A stretch of 64,000 bases of DNA from Chrysomallon squamiferum (taxonomy: Eukaryota > Animalia > Mollusca): the NCBI GenBank assembly GCA_012295275.1, contig CM022670.1:6448001-6512000 (forward strand), given 5' to 3'. How positions within the stretch are numbered: position 1 is the stretch's first letter; each line of letters begins with the position of its first letter. This document shows, one piece after another, positions 28,847 to 42,807 of this stretch. The position numbers were made by a program, and so were the translations under genes. Below the pieces are notes generated by a model. The model was not told the DNA's origin, did no database searches, and saw only the letters and a list, made by a program, of their open reading frames with translations.

Positions 28847-29000
28847 TAATTAAAACCCCATGTCTGTTTTTTTTCATTGTTACCCGGTAATTAAAGACCC
28901 GTGTCCATGTTTTTATTTTTATTCAGTAATTAAAGAGCGCGGGTCCGTGTTTTCAGTGTTATTCAATAATTAAAGGCGTGGAATCTGTGTTTTATCTAAG
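28847..29000. repeat. Degenerate ~40-bp tandem repeat (x4) starting with TAATTAAA
   Basis: TAATTAAA at 28847, 28888, 28927 and 28967, each followed by a GC-richer core and GTTTT. Confidence 0.7.
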
Positions 29001-30402
29001 TCGCGTTTTTAATGGAAAAACACTGCATGTACTCGGACCAGACGGCCGTAACGTCAAACAGACAACGTCCTGCAACCACTCACAAACTGACAACGTAGAT
29101 AGCGCTGTTGACGTGTTTTTGAAAGATGTTATGTCGGCGTTTGCGGAATCAGCTAATTAAAAAATTTCTCTTTAGTCCTTCAGTCTCGTACAAGAGGATC
29201 CATTAACAAAATGAACAAGTCGATAGCGGAAGTGGAGTTAATCGAACTTTCCCCTCAAGAGTTATCTTCATCTGTCCTACAGTTTCTTCCTTCTTTTTTT
29301 GTTCTTCTTATTTTTAGAAATTTTCATAGTACCAGCTGAATAAATTTTCAAATAGTATTTCAATTTTAATTACTTTTGATATTTGAATTCATAAATATCA
29401 ATTTAAAAAAAGTATATAGCATTTATTATAATTATCGTCATTATCATTGTCATCATTATCCTTATTATCCTTATTATTTTGTTGTTCTTGTTGTTGTTAG
29501 TATTATTACTATTATTACTATTAGTAGTAGCAGTAGTAGTATTAATAGTAATACCAGCATTTTAGCAGCAATAGTAATACATGTTATTTTTGTTATTGCT
29601 GTTATGCACCTCAACTCATCATCAGCTACCACAACGACTTGTCAACCCTACTGTCATCACGAACACTATACTTATCAGACATCATCTCTTCGTGTTTTCT
29701 TGTTCGTTAAATTATTATTCTACCTTGTTACTGTTCATAGTCTGCCAGCCTGTCTTTGTAATTGTCAAATCCATATCTATCCGTAGACTCATCACTTTTT
29801 TTTTTTCCTTCTGATTTTTAATTTCTTTACAAATCATCGACAATTTTCTTTCCTATATCAACCAACTGTTTGTGTCTTATCATCCATTATCTTTGCTTTC
29901 TTTCTGTCTGTCATGAAATCTTCATTTACATATCACAGAAATCTTGCGTGATCGCATCCGTTTTCAAAGGCAGCAATTTTGTATGGGATAATGTCACTTG
30001 CACAATAGAGCTGAGTTTTTCTCCTCCGGTCTGTTTTGCTGTGGTTTTTTTTATATATATATATATAAAAGGAATACAATATTCACGTAAAGTAAAATGA
30101 GAAGATTTGCATGTGTGACAGGCTTTGTTTGGCATTGATTCTCTTTTGTGGTTCATCTTTGTGTTTTGTTGTTTCTTTGTCTTCTTTTGTTTACCATATT
30201 TTTTGGTCTATATGTTAAAGAAGAAAAGAGTGAGAGAATACATGTGTGTGTATGTGTGAGAATATATATTTATATGTATGTTTGTATATATTTGTAGTTG
30301 TGTATGTTTGTATGTGTTTGAGTATATATGTATGTATATGTATATATATTTGTGTCTCTATATGTATATGAGTATATGTCTCTGTATTATATATGTGTGT
30401 AT

Positions 30403-30464
<62 letters not shown>

Positions 30465-32237
30465 ACTCTGGGTTTCTTTTTTGCTTTTCCCAATACTTTT
30501 TCTAGAATTATATTTCTGCACTGTAAAATAAAAAGGCAACATTTTCCTGGATATAAAAATATTTGCATTACACAGTACAGCACCATCATTTGACAAAATA
30601 TTAATTTTAGTTTATATCTAGAAGCGGTAAATTCTTCTTTTTTTTTTAATCAACTTTTAAATATTTTCTTAACAGAATTTTCTTTTTTCTATCTTTAATA
30701 ACTTCTTTTGATGCATCATCATTTTTTTTTAAATTATAATACTAACACAATATCGTTTCTATAAAATAAATACATTTTTAAAGTCGTTATATAACAGAAA
30801 AAACTATATTATAATATTCTTAAGTCCTAAAATCGTAAACGTTTTCTTCCTCTGACTTTCTTTCTCGAATTCGTCTCTTTCATGGCATCGTCTTTTTTAA
30901 ATACTTTCTAAGACAGTGAGTCTTATCGATTCTTTTGGAACTAAATTTTTGCACATAGTTATTCATAAAAACGTAAGTTTATTGTCAGCAGTTAAATTAT
31001 TTATTAAAGAACTGAAAGTAATATGAGGAAATTGAAGTGTGTAAGTCTTTTATCAATTCACAAAAAGTGGACGGTATTAAGAGAAAAGCAATTTGAACAC
31101 GATCGAGTAATACTCATCGGTGTAGTTGTCGTCACGTAGATAAAATATCACTTCACACCCGACCTCGTATTGCACTGTCCACTGAACAAACAGAATATCG
31201 ACTAATATCTGTCATTATCACTTTACAAATGTTAAAGAGAGAGAAATGTCTTCTTTCACTTCTTGTTGATTTTTTTTATATTTTACTTAATTTGTTTTGT
31301 TGTTCGTTTTATTTTATTTATTTATTTATTTACTTATTTATTTATTTGTTTGTTTATTTATTTACTTATTTATTCATTTATTCATTCATTCATTCATTTG
31401 ATTTATTAAATTTTATTCTTTTGTTTATTTATTTACTTATTCATTCATTCATTCATTCATTCATTTGATTTTATAAAATTTTATTCTTTTGTTTATTTGA
31501 TCTTAATTTTTTTTCTTTCACTTCTCCTTTTATGTTTCTCTTATTTCATACATGTTAATCCAAGAAATAGCACGGGTTTTATAATCTGTTGTTCAGCAGG
31601 CTAATGTAAACTGTCATAAATAGATCTCTAAAAATCGTAAATATCAACCAACCACATTAAATCACTTTTATATTACAACGAAAACAAATTTTCAGACTGT
31701 CATTCGTGTAAACATTTTGTACCAAAACAGACACTCAGACAAAATGACATTCAGTATTTACAGTAATGTTTAACGCATTCAGCTGTCGAAGTCGAGTAGT
31801 TTGGCTGCTATCAAATATGGCTGATTCTACGTCAAGCTGATTTCATATTCTTGTCAGTCGTCCAGAATCGACATTATCGTCTTCTAGCTATTTACTGTCG
31901 TCTGCAAGTTTTCCATTGTCGTCGTCTGCCTGTAGGGGTATGAGACAGTGAGACGATGCATGCAAAGAGAACGGAGAGCTAAAAGGTTCTTACGCGAAGC
32001 TTGTAGTTAGTGTAGGACTCCTGCCAGACTGGGTAATGAGCTGCTGATGATACATTAGACATATCTGTCTTCAGATGCACCTATTATGTCCATGAGGAAA
32101 TCACGCATTAGCACCCGAACCTTTCACCCACACTGAGTGCTTTTACGTTGTCAGTCGCTAAGTACAGAAACACACTTCGAGTGCAGTCTTATGGATTGGT
32201 TCTCTGTTCTGGACCTACGGGACATGAAACAAAACAC

Positions 32238-32470
32238 ACTGTAGCCCAGCAGTTAGATGGCCGGCACAGATTCGCTATTTTCTCAGTCCATCTGCAGCCC
32301 CAAGAATTGTTTTATTACAAGAAAATATTTGGTGCTTTCGTCTCTAAGGTGTAATATATACCAAAATTAGTTGCCACTGATATATTGGGTTTCTTCAGAA
32401 ATAGCCAAATGTTTGACCGCCGACAGCTAATTTCAGAAAATTATCTAATATATCGTTAAACTAAAATCAC
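32238..32470 (+). mobile_element. Highly decayed SINE remnant
   Basis: A-box-like GTAGCCCAGCAG, then GCTATTTTCTC, and a tail CCAAATGTTTGAC...TCGTTAAACTAAAA reminiscent (from memory) of gastropod SINE 3' ends. Confidence 0.3.
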
Positions 32471-32499
32471 ATTTTCACTTACTATATACGTATATCAAG

Positions 32500-32635
32500 A
32501 GATGCTTTGATACGATATGTACCAGCTCATAGATTGATACGACATGTGTATCATTTGTTATCTGATACAATGAATGTAGCAGGTTATGAGTTGATACGAT
32601 GTGTGTAAAAGGTCACTGGAATGATAGTACCGGAT
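32500..32635. repeat. Degenerate ~28-bp tandem repeat (TGATACGA core)
   Basis: TGATA(C/G) at 32508, 32535, 32563, 32592 and 32622. Confidence 0.6.
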
Positions 32636-33521
32636 GGTTATTTGACATATCCTGTTATGCTTTAAAACAACATAGGTGTACCAGGTCTTTGTTTGAATTT
32701 GTTTTAAGTACAATAAAACAGAAAATCATCGCTAACCACGACGTCTTAAACTGACCATCAATTTGCTTGTACGATTTTAACCCAGTAACTCTAAGTTCAA
32801 GTCACACTGTAGTGTCACAACACACATATTCATGAGTTCAAGATCGAAAAAACAAAAAACAAAAAAGGAGATGTTATTAAACGCGGTGAAAATTTGAGCC
32901 GTGAAGTAATTGTTTGTCTTGGAATAGACAAACCAGAAACTTTACCATTTACAGGAACCGTGGGAAATTATATACAGTGAGTTGAGAACAGCTGCCAGTA
33001 AATATACACCATGTTTTTCATCTCTTCAGTAACTGGCCATTAAAATAATGATTATTTTATTGCCAGAGAAAGATCTTTTTTTTTTTTTTTTTTTCTGTAA
33101 TAAAGATTGTTTGAAGTAATCACCATTATTATCGCCAGTAGCTACGTCTGTTCCACTCACTCAGGTCACGTGATATTTTCAAACACTGACACCGCAATGG
33201 AAACTTTCGTGACGTCATCTGTTGAGAGGTGATGTCCAATCAAGTAGAAGTGTTGTACATTTTTTTTTTTTTTTTTAATTCCCAAGCTATGAAATATCGC
33301 AAATGAACAAGTAATAAAAATTTCAACATGTGAGCAATATAAAATTACGTCATATATTTTTGGGACAACGCGACCGGTTGACGTTGTCGCTGTTGTGGAT
33401 GTTGTCAGTTTAATTAGATTAATGTAATCAGTATAATTAGATTTTAGGTAAAAGAAAAATGTATGTGTTCAACTTACAATTACTGTAGGCTAAATATACG
33501 AACCTTTTTCTCTTGAACTGG

Positions 33522-33553
<32 letters not shown>

Positions 33554-33700
33554 CTTCTTTAGATAGATAAAAAACGAAAAAAAATAAAATAATAATAACA
33601 GATTTTTTTTAACGTAACACGGTCTCTCGGCCCGAACTTACAAAAGAATTAGAAAGCAAGGATTCATATTACATTGTAAAGGAAAAATTGTTAAAAACAA

Positions 33701-33742
<42 letters not shown>

Positions 33743-36700
33743 TTGTTTTCAACATATATATATATATATTTATAAAGAAAGAAAGAAAAAGAAATGAAGA
33801 AAAAATATAATTAATGAAGAACTTACCAAATAAATAAATAAATAAATAAATAAATCATTTTATGTACGATATTAATACAAAAAAGAGAAGAGAAAAACGT
33901 GATAAAATGTATTAATAATTATGGAAAGTGTCGGACTCTGTTTTGTCAGTCCAGGATTGTTTGAAATCTGAAAATCAAAAGAGCCCTCGGAAACACGAGG
34001 CATCCCAGACCCCCCGCCAATCCTCTCCCCTCCACACGCGCCTTTGTTTCTACGAGCTGATTAAAAACTGACATGACCAAACCTTTTAAAAAAAAAAAAA
34101 TTCTAAATGAACAGCGCCAAACTGTTCTGTGAGGACCTCTGCGAACTAATTCAGAGGAATCCACTCGATGAAATGATGTAATGTTTTCTCGTAATGAAAC
34201 ATAATTTTAATTTGTGCATCGACAAATGAGATTGCTAGGTGACGGTAATAGCTGCGTTATCCAATTAGCGAAGTGCCGAATTTGCAGTCTTCTTTAAGAT
34301 GTAAATGTGAAGATGCAGACTCATCACAAACCAATCTTCAGACCTGGTTTAATATCTCCTTAAATTAATAACCAATAATTAATAAATAACCAACAAGCTA
34401 TTTTGCAGCTGCTGTTTTGGATCGTTATTAAAACTGCCAAAAACCTCCGGGCGCTGTACGGAAATACCAACTTGCCAAACACCGTTAGGCGAAAATTGCC
34501 GAGTTGTCAAATTGTGACAGACGGCAGAGTCGAACGTTTCCGAATAACATTATAGCTTCGCCGAGAATCACCGAATTAACAAACGTTGTAAGAAAGAAAA
34601 TGTAGAATGTCCAAAGACTTTCTAAATGGCTTTGATTTTAGATTTGTCAGTTATATCGTGGACATTTCAGCGTGATATTTTCAGTCCTTAAGAAGAGAGC
34701 AGTAATCACTGAAAATAGCTTAGTAAACTCTAAATATACAACACGCACACGCATACACACATAGCGTAATTTTTTATCTTCTTTTCTTTTCTTATCGTAA
34801 CCAGTTTTCAATTAGTATTTATTACGAATATCGTAAAAGGCTATGCTCGAACGACAGATCGTGAGAACGGGTGTTCAGTAAGGCATGTCATCCCAGCCTC
34901 ACTTGACATAACGAGGCCAATATGAGGACTTCTGCAGAGAGACTGAAATATTCATGACTCTCGCATTGTCTTGTTACCGTGTAGTGCACTCCTGGGAAAT
35001 TTCACGTAAGTCTGAAAATCATTAAACTTGTAGCGTACGCCTGATTGACTAACCCACTTCTCCATTCCCTGTCTGGTAGTAATACGCGATGCTAGATGGG
35101 CGAGTGAGAGTGGGTGAGTGATGAGCGAGGTCAGAGATGAATGAGTGAGCGAAGGAAGTAGGTGGAGGAATTAATGAATGAGAGAGGAAATGAGAAACTA
35201 AATTTTACTGAGGGTCTGAGTGAACTGGTTGTGTGTGGTCGGAGAGAGTAGATGGCGTTGATGTTCTGGGTGAGTGAGCGAGCGAGCGAGTGAATGAATA
35301 AGTCAGAATCATTTTAACAATAAATGAATTCTCTGGTGTTCAGCTGATGAACAGACAGTGCAGTAAGTCGATACATAATAACACAGAGCAGTTTGATTTT
35401 TTTTTTTTTTTTTCATTTTTTTTAAAGATGATTGCTACCTGCTTAACGAAGTTTGGCAGTGAAGACTGATATTTTGTATCTGACAAGCTCCTCACGTGAA
35501 TTACGGCTTGGTTCAAGGTGTCTTTCACATGTCGTAATCTGTAAGGGTTTTTTAACCTTGTGTGGCTTCTCTTCTTTTGTTTTTTTTTAGCGACTTCGAA
35601 ATCACTAACACACGAATTACACAGCGTTCTGTTTTCACTTCAACAGATTCTACATCTCTGTTGTTTCTTTTTTATTTAGAAAAAAATAGAAAATCATATC
35701 AATAGTGAAAGGAAGAATGAGAGAAAAAAAACGAAGTAAATGAAAAAGAAATAAAGGAAATGAGGGTGAGAGAAAAAGAAGATAAACAAAGGAAGAAAGC
35801 AAATGAAAAGATGGAGAACGCAAAGAATGAAGACAGAATGGAAAACAAACAAAACACAAGAAAGAAAGTTATTAGAAGCTCGAGTACTAAGGAATACAAA
35901 TAGAAACAAAAACAAAGGCAGGAACTACACTAACTAATAGGCAGACAAAGTAAAAACTAATTTAATTTTGTTCCAAAGTACATCACACTTCATACGTGAC
36001 ATATTTTAATATTGTATAGACAGACAGACAGACAGACAGATAAAGCAACATTATTACAGATATCTAGAGTCTGATTGCGTTGTTCTTATAAAAACCAGAC
36101 AGTTTTCAAAAACTGAGGTACAATCTACGTTGTTGAGAAAATCAGTTTCAAAGAAAAACAATGAACAGACATTTATCATACACCTAAAACTAATTAATTA
36201 TCTTACAAAGAGAATTTGAAATCTGATATTCTGAAACAAAATCTTGAAAGCCTGGAAACAATACGCGAGGCATTAAAACAGAGACAGATCCGAAGTTTGG
36301 TGATGGAAGTAACAAAACCCAGTTTGTCCTTGAATAATTGTCTTTTTTTCACTATCATCATGTGTAAAAATTTAAAAAAAAAAAATCCAGATAAAAAATA
36401 AAAGAATGGAAAAGGTTTCTGGATTAAATGTCGTAATGCAGTTATATATTAAATTTCCCAACACTTAGAAATGCTAAAGCAAATTTCTTTCAGTATAGCG
36501 ACCCATATGAGTAACAAAATACAGTGCATTGTAATGGAATTACTGTTTTTAAAACCTGTAAATTCCACAAATAATAATACAATATATTACGATTTTTCAT
36601 TAACAATTTTCACTCTGGAAAACAAATCCGTCAATTCCTTGTATTGTAAAACAATATTATCATGTCAAAATCGTTTAAAACTAACTTCCCAGTTTACATA

Positions 36701-37494
36701 ATCAGATGTTACACTGTGAATATTTCCCTGACGTCTGTGACCATGGCGACTACCCCTCAGTGACAGGCTGGATCCGCCCTTCAAAACAAATTTTCTCTCT
36801 GTCTAATAACAAAGGGAATATAATCCTCTACTCGTGTGCAACCGTTTTCTTTTCTCTCATGTTTTCCCAGTATCGTCTGTCCTGCATAATTTATTTTTAC
36901 TTCTTCTTTGTCATTTACGTACGTAAGAATGTTTTTAGAACAATCTCCAGAGACGACGCAGAAGACGTTGTGTACGACGTTGTGACAAGGCTGATGATAA
37001 AGACAATATTTCATGTTTTCCAGCCAGACAAAGATTCCTGCTCACCAAGATCAATATTTTTATTTTAAAATATAAACTGCGACACGAAATAAAACAATTG
37101 TGATATGTGTGTGTTTGTGTATGCATATATACATAGGCACATTATGCATACATAATACATACACACAGACACGCACTCACACACAGTATTAAAGTACGTA
37201 TTTTACCAAAATACTCAGTGATATCCAGTTTTTTACATTAATAAAATCAAACCTGTTTTAATGTAATGTGTTTTTTTTTTATGTGTGTGTGTTACGTTGA
37301 AAAAATATTCCTATCAACAGTTTCACCTTGCTGTTCTGATAATAACAACACTTTATGCTTAGTCGACAATTTAGATCTATGTTTAGTTTTAAACAAAATG
37401 ATATATTCGTTGTGTATGATAAAGGAGACATTTTAGAAAAAATACATAAAAACATACAGACCATACTGGCTGTGTGTGTGTGCATATCGATTTG

Positions 37495-37683
<189 letters not shown>

Positions 37684-38365
37684 GCAGAATATAAGTTTAT
37701 ACCTAACGAACTTATATCTAAATGCTATTTTTGATTAATGATATTTTTCATTTTTTTTTCCGTTTCCAAGTCGTTCTAAATACTTTACACATCAGCAAAC
37801 AGCCAAACGTCGTGATAAATACCAAAATGTGTTTGTAACGAACAATAACAAACAGCAAACAAGACGCTTAAGTGAAGTTACGAAGTGCTGTATGCAGCAG
37901 AAAAGATTTCTCTGTCAGTTTCGATTTAGAAGCCAAGTTGTGCTGATATCAATTTATTAGAAAGCTTTCCGATGATGAGCCTAATGAAAGTGTGTTTCAG
38001 ACAGAGATACGTTGTCAGTAATACTACGACAGCGACGTGACACTTTTCATTACGCTGAACGACGACATTGCCGTATCTTCTCTACATTTTCTTTAGTTAT
38101 ATGACGTAAGTATTAATGAACGTCTTAGTTTATCAGTTAAGGTCGGTGAATGAAAAAGAACAAGCGAATGCTGTTGCGACAGTTATTCTATAAATATGAT
38201 GGCCATTATGATGAAGGTGACGTCGTACATGTTACCATCTTAATAAAAAAAAAATTGAAAAAAAAAACACAAAAAAAACCCCAGACGCCAATGATTTTTG
38301 TATTCAGTTTCGTTATTTTTCTGCAAGTTTTATTTTTCAAATTATGTGACTGTTTATAATAATTC

Positions 38366-38416
<51 letters not shown>

Positions 38417-39349
38417 GTAATAATAGAAATTGCTGTAGGTAGGAATAGTAGTAGTAGTTGTAGTAATTGTTTAATAGTAGTTTAAAACATCTTATTTATA
38501 TAATGTAACGTCTAAGTATGTTTATAACTTTCAATATTTTGATCGTCCTGTTATTGGTTTATAACTTTCAGTTGTCAGTCTCACTGCTACATTTGCGACT
38601 AGCAAACTTCACGTCGTCTTTGTGCTGTGTGTATTTGTGTGTTCCTGTGACATTTTCCTAACGTATTTATTTCCACAAGTTCAACAAGTCAGTTGCTCTG
38701 ACATGTTTCGTCGTTTGCCGCTGCATGTCTGTCGCTCGGTGTTACACAAACAGCCGCAGAACAAATATCTCGAAATCACGTTAACTCAACATTCGTGTTA
38801 AAAGTGTAAATCAGTCCCCATATTAAACAGCAATTATTGTAACAGAACAAGTTTACAGATGTCATTGAATAAAAAAAGAAAAAAAAAAAAAGAACTAACA
38901 ATTTTCTTGAAGTGAACACCACAAGCCAATTCAAACAGGCGGAGTTATGGTTCCTGCCCGACAATATGTCAGCTCAGCAGGTACCAATTAAGGATGTTCT
39001 TTCTCGTCACGTGAATTTAACTTCCGGACGTGTTCAATTCATTCACGTCTACGCTGAGTAAATAGTTCGAGTTTTATGATAAAATGGTTTCGGTATAGAG
39101 AAATGTTTGTAAAAGCTGTCGGTGTCTGAAGTTAGGAAATATCCGGTTTACTGAATTAAGATCGTATATGACAAATTTTCATCCATACCTTAATTATATC
39201 TTTAGCCTTTGTTTTGTTAATAATAATAAATTAATTTTCGTTAATTTTGTCAATGACTGCATGCATTAATGATGGTGTGATGATGATGATATGATCATAG
39301 TAGCAAGAGATGTTGTGTTGATGTTGATGGTAATATTTATACGAAGATG

Positions 39350-39403
39350 AAACAACAAAACAAAACAAAATACCATAACAACTATATACATTTAAGTTTT
39401 ATT
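39350..39403 (-). terminator. Polyadenylation signal and downstream GU/U-rich element
   Basis: Minus-strand AATAAA at 39403-39398, followed about 20 nt later by GTTGTTATGGTATTTTGTTTTGTTTTGTTGTTT. Confidence 0.5.
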
Positions 39404-39489
39404 AAAATAAATACATTTATAGCAAAACAGTATATACCTCATTATGTATACTGAAAGACAAATGAAAATCACAAATGATAATACTTGCG

Positions 39490-39532
<43 letters not shown>

Positions 39533-40439
39533 TTGTTAATGCCCTTGTATTCTTTCTAACTAATATTCTTCAAAATTAATAAGAGAAAAAACTTGTCAAA
39601 GGATTTTGGGATGTCAAAACAAAAATGTTGATTTTATTTTGTCTTTCAGTATACAGACGTGATTTTTGAATCTGAGCAAAATTTGCGGGATGAGAACACT
39701 TTAAGGCAAAGTGATTTTAAAAACCAAGCAATTGTTTTAGCCTCGATGATGACATAATGGTGATGACGTAATTAATGACGTGATATATGCCAGGCACATT
39801 ACTGTTAGCAACGCTGCGTCACAGTTGGTTTATTTTCTCTAATATTTTAAAAATTCATCATAAGTAATGGGGCAAGTTACCGATTCATGGCTAAATATGA
39901 TAGATACACATAATCAGTGTTATTTAGACAAGACAAGGTGCTAAAGTATAAAGGTATAATTCGACGAAATATTGATAAAAGATTAAGCTGCGCAACAACA
40001 TAGCAGACATTTTGAGAAGGTCCTTTTTGCTATAAGGTCCCAAGTTGTGATCTTATCGATACAAACAACTCCCACATAATATGTGATTTCTTTTTTCTTT
40101 TTTCTGTCTCATAGACCTTTAAGTTTGTGCAGTGGACACAGATATTGATATTTAAAACGAAGCATAAAACTTAGGAAATATAAAATGTATAACTTTCCAA
40201 GGCAGTTGGTGTTTTTCAGTTAGTTTAATAAAAATAGAGAGTGCCTTCTAAATAGTTCTTCTCCACAATGTTAATAAAATGTTTTATCAGTCACTTGTTC
40301 ATTTTTGGAATGATGACGAGAGACAGTGAAAACAAATAATGGCAGTGAAAAAATGACAATACACATAAATATATCGTTTTCAAATTTGTTGATTGTTTTT
40401 GTTTTTTTCTTTGATTTTTTTTTTTTTTAATTATAAACT
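39380..40439 (-). other. Putative 3' UTR of the protocadherin
   Basis: Extends from the stop codon to the AATAAA plus GT-rich element near 39.4 kb. The end is inferred. Confidence 0.5.
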
Positions 40440-40996
40440 TTACATCACGGGTGAACTTCCGACAAACATTCCATCGATATCTTCCGAGCCAACGGTGTAG
40501 CTACCGGAAGTCGTCGTGTTTTCGTCGTCGTCTCTAACTCGCGAGGAATTCGTGAGAACTTTGACGTGAGAGAATTCTTCGCTGAACCTTGGAAAAGTGT
40601 GGTTTTTAGGCGAAAGGTCCGTTTTCCTGCTAGCCTGGTTGCTGTTGTTATAAGAAAAATATCGGTCTAACGTCTGTACATTGGATCGGGTTAAAGGTTC
40701 TTTTGCAAACGTCACTCGCTTTTCAAAACTCGTGCTGCGTTTGGCCTCTGCTGGGTCGTCGAACGTCAGCGCAGACAGACACGGCGTGTAGACGCCCGCC
40801 TTCCTGCTGTTCGTCATCACACTCTCCTGGTGACTGGGCGATCTGGAGTGATAATTTACTCTGCCAGGTTTAGGCACAAGACACTCGAGTTGAAAGACGC
40901 CATCTTGAATTTCTGATGATTTGCCCCGCTTGCTGACTCTGTCACCTAACTTCCGTTTTGTTCTGTGGTAGTGAACCTGTTGACCGCTGTCTTCAC
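40440..40996 (-). CDS. PCDH: Protocadherin terminal coding exon (GEDSGQQ...KRVTF...DDDENTTTSGSYTV...SSPVM*)
   Basis: Acceptor CTTTGTATCTGTAG| at 40997-40998. The phase-1 junction is open into ORF 40440-40877, with TAA at 40440-40442. GC-rich. The spliced product is 907+41+1+184 = 1133 aa. Confidence 0.88.
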
Positions 40997-41362
40997 CTAC
41001 AGATACAAAGCACGCACGTTATACAGCGAGCACAACATACGTCATTAAGGGGAAGGAGAAGGAGAATATGAAAAAGGAGAAGAATTAATAACCTGAACTA
41101 CAAGACCAACAAAAGACCCCGAAATCTGCCTTTCTCAAAGTCAATTTTCTCCTCTCAAAAAACATTTTTTTCCATGCTTTCTCTTAGAAACGATTATTAC
41201 GAAAAAACAACAACAACAACAACAACTATTACTACTACTATACTAAAAACTACAGTAAAAAATAATAAGAATATTAACAGTAGCTGTAGAAGTAGTAGTA
41301 GCAGAATAGAAGAAGTAGATACGAGAACAACAGTAAGAAGAACGTCAGCAATAAGATAATAC

Positions 41363-41486
41363 CTTCTACTTCTGACAAGATGGGTAGCTGGACGTCTTCA
41401 ACACTCCCACCACGCCCACTGTCACTGGCAGTTACCTCCCCTGACGAGTCGCTGTGCAAGTCATCACCGTGTAGAAGTGAAGGACA
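41363..41486 (-). CDS. PCDH: Protocadherin cytoplasmic exon (124 nt) CPSLLHGDDLHSDSSGEVTASDSGRGGSVEDVQLPILSEVE(G)
   Basis: Acceptor TTTTACTTTCATTAG| and donor GAAG|GTATT. Phase 0 in, phase 1 out, matching both neighbouring exons. Contains DSGRGGS, resembling delta-protocadherin CM1. Confidence 0.88.
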
Positions 41487-42789
41487 CTAATGAAAGTAAA
41501 ACAGATAAAATAATTATCTAAAGTGAATGAATGTGACCGCAGTTATAACCACTCAGACATGTGTTCATTGAATAGCAGAAACATATTAAAATGTTCTATT
41601 ACGAATTAACTGTTTGTATTACCATCATCAACATCATTACCATCACTGCATGGCAGCATCATACTAACATAATTATAATTAATTATTTAGAAAATTTTGA
41701 GGATGCCAAAATGTGTAATAATATGTAGATATCGTATGTACATAATTTAACATAATATAACTTATTATGAGCATTACATGCAAATCAAGGACTTAATTTG
41801 ACTGTTTTTAATAAATAAGAAATTACGTTAATAAATATAAAATTATTAATAATCTTTTTGAACGCTGCAAACTGCTATTAAATAATGAATTACAATAATT
41901 TACATTAAAAAAAATAAAATATAAAATTATAAAATCAATAAATAAATTGTTAACACAGTTTTAATATATACTGCCAACACAAAGAATATTTAAACCAAAG
42001 TGACCATCATAACAAATACAAACTAACCACGTGTTCGTGTAGATCTATATTGAATATACGACTAAAGCATTAAAGAGAAAAATTATTTAAGTTTATTTAA
42101 ATAGGACGACGAAGAAGATTTTGCAAATATTTAATTTAGCATATCGTAAATGAAACGACAAACGTATGGCTTTGTAGTTTGCGTGTCACGTTTTGCGTAA
42201 AATCTATCTAACGCCAGATTTCTGTGCCAAACTGGGTATTACTACGTTACAGACGTTGAAATGTTAGCAAACAGAATAATATTTACTGTAAACACACGAC
42301 CGACACGTTTATAAATATCCAAATACGATCTGTTGACATTTGCGAGCTCTTTGTGACGACAATTACTTGTAAACTGATTTTCCATACACCTGTGCAGATT
42401 TTCGCAGCGCTCATGTTCCAGATGCTTTTATGAAATAAACGGAATAATTTGGAACTAATTCAACATACATTCCATTCTTCAAGCCCCGGGCAAAGGGATT
42501 GTAATCCCGTGTTTGCAGTCGTAAAATAAGCCAAAGGTTAAAACGCTTCGTCTCCGTTTCTGTTGGATTTTCTCAAAGCAAATATTGACGTAAGCTGTTT
42601 GGTTTGTCATAGAAGGTAAGTAGGTATTATTGGCAAATTATGACGTTAAACATAAGCAGGGTAATCACTGGGATACAAAAAGATCAGGTGGTTTAATAAC
42701 GTTATATACAAGAATGACAGTTACAGAAGTACGAGCAGATCTGTGTGTTAGTTAAACCTGGACAAAACACGAGGTAGAAAATAACTTAC

Positions 42790-42807
42790 GTGTTTTGTTG
42801 ATGTTTG
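42790..42807 (-). CDS. Candidate 18-nt in-frame microexon (QTSTKH) of the protocadherin
   Basis: Minus strand reads CTTAAC (branch-like, 42835-42840) ... GTTTTTAATTCTTTAG|CAAACATCAACAAAACAC|GTAAGT. Phase 0/0 with no stop, inside the phase-0 intron. Confidence 0.6.
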
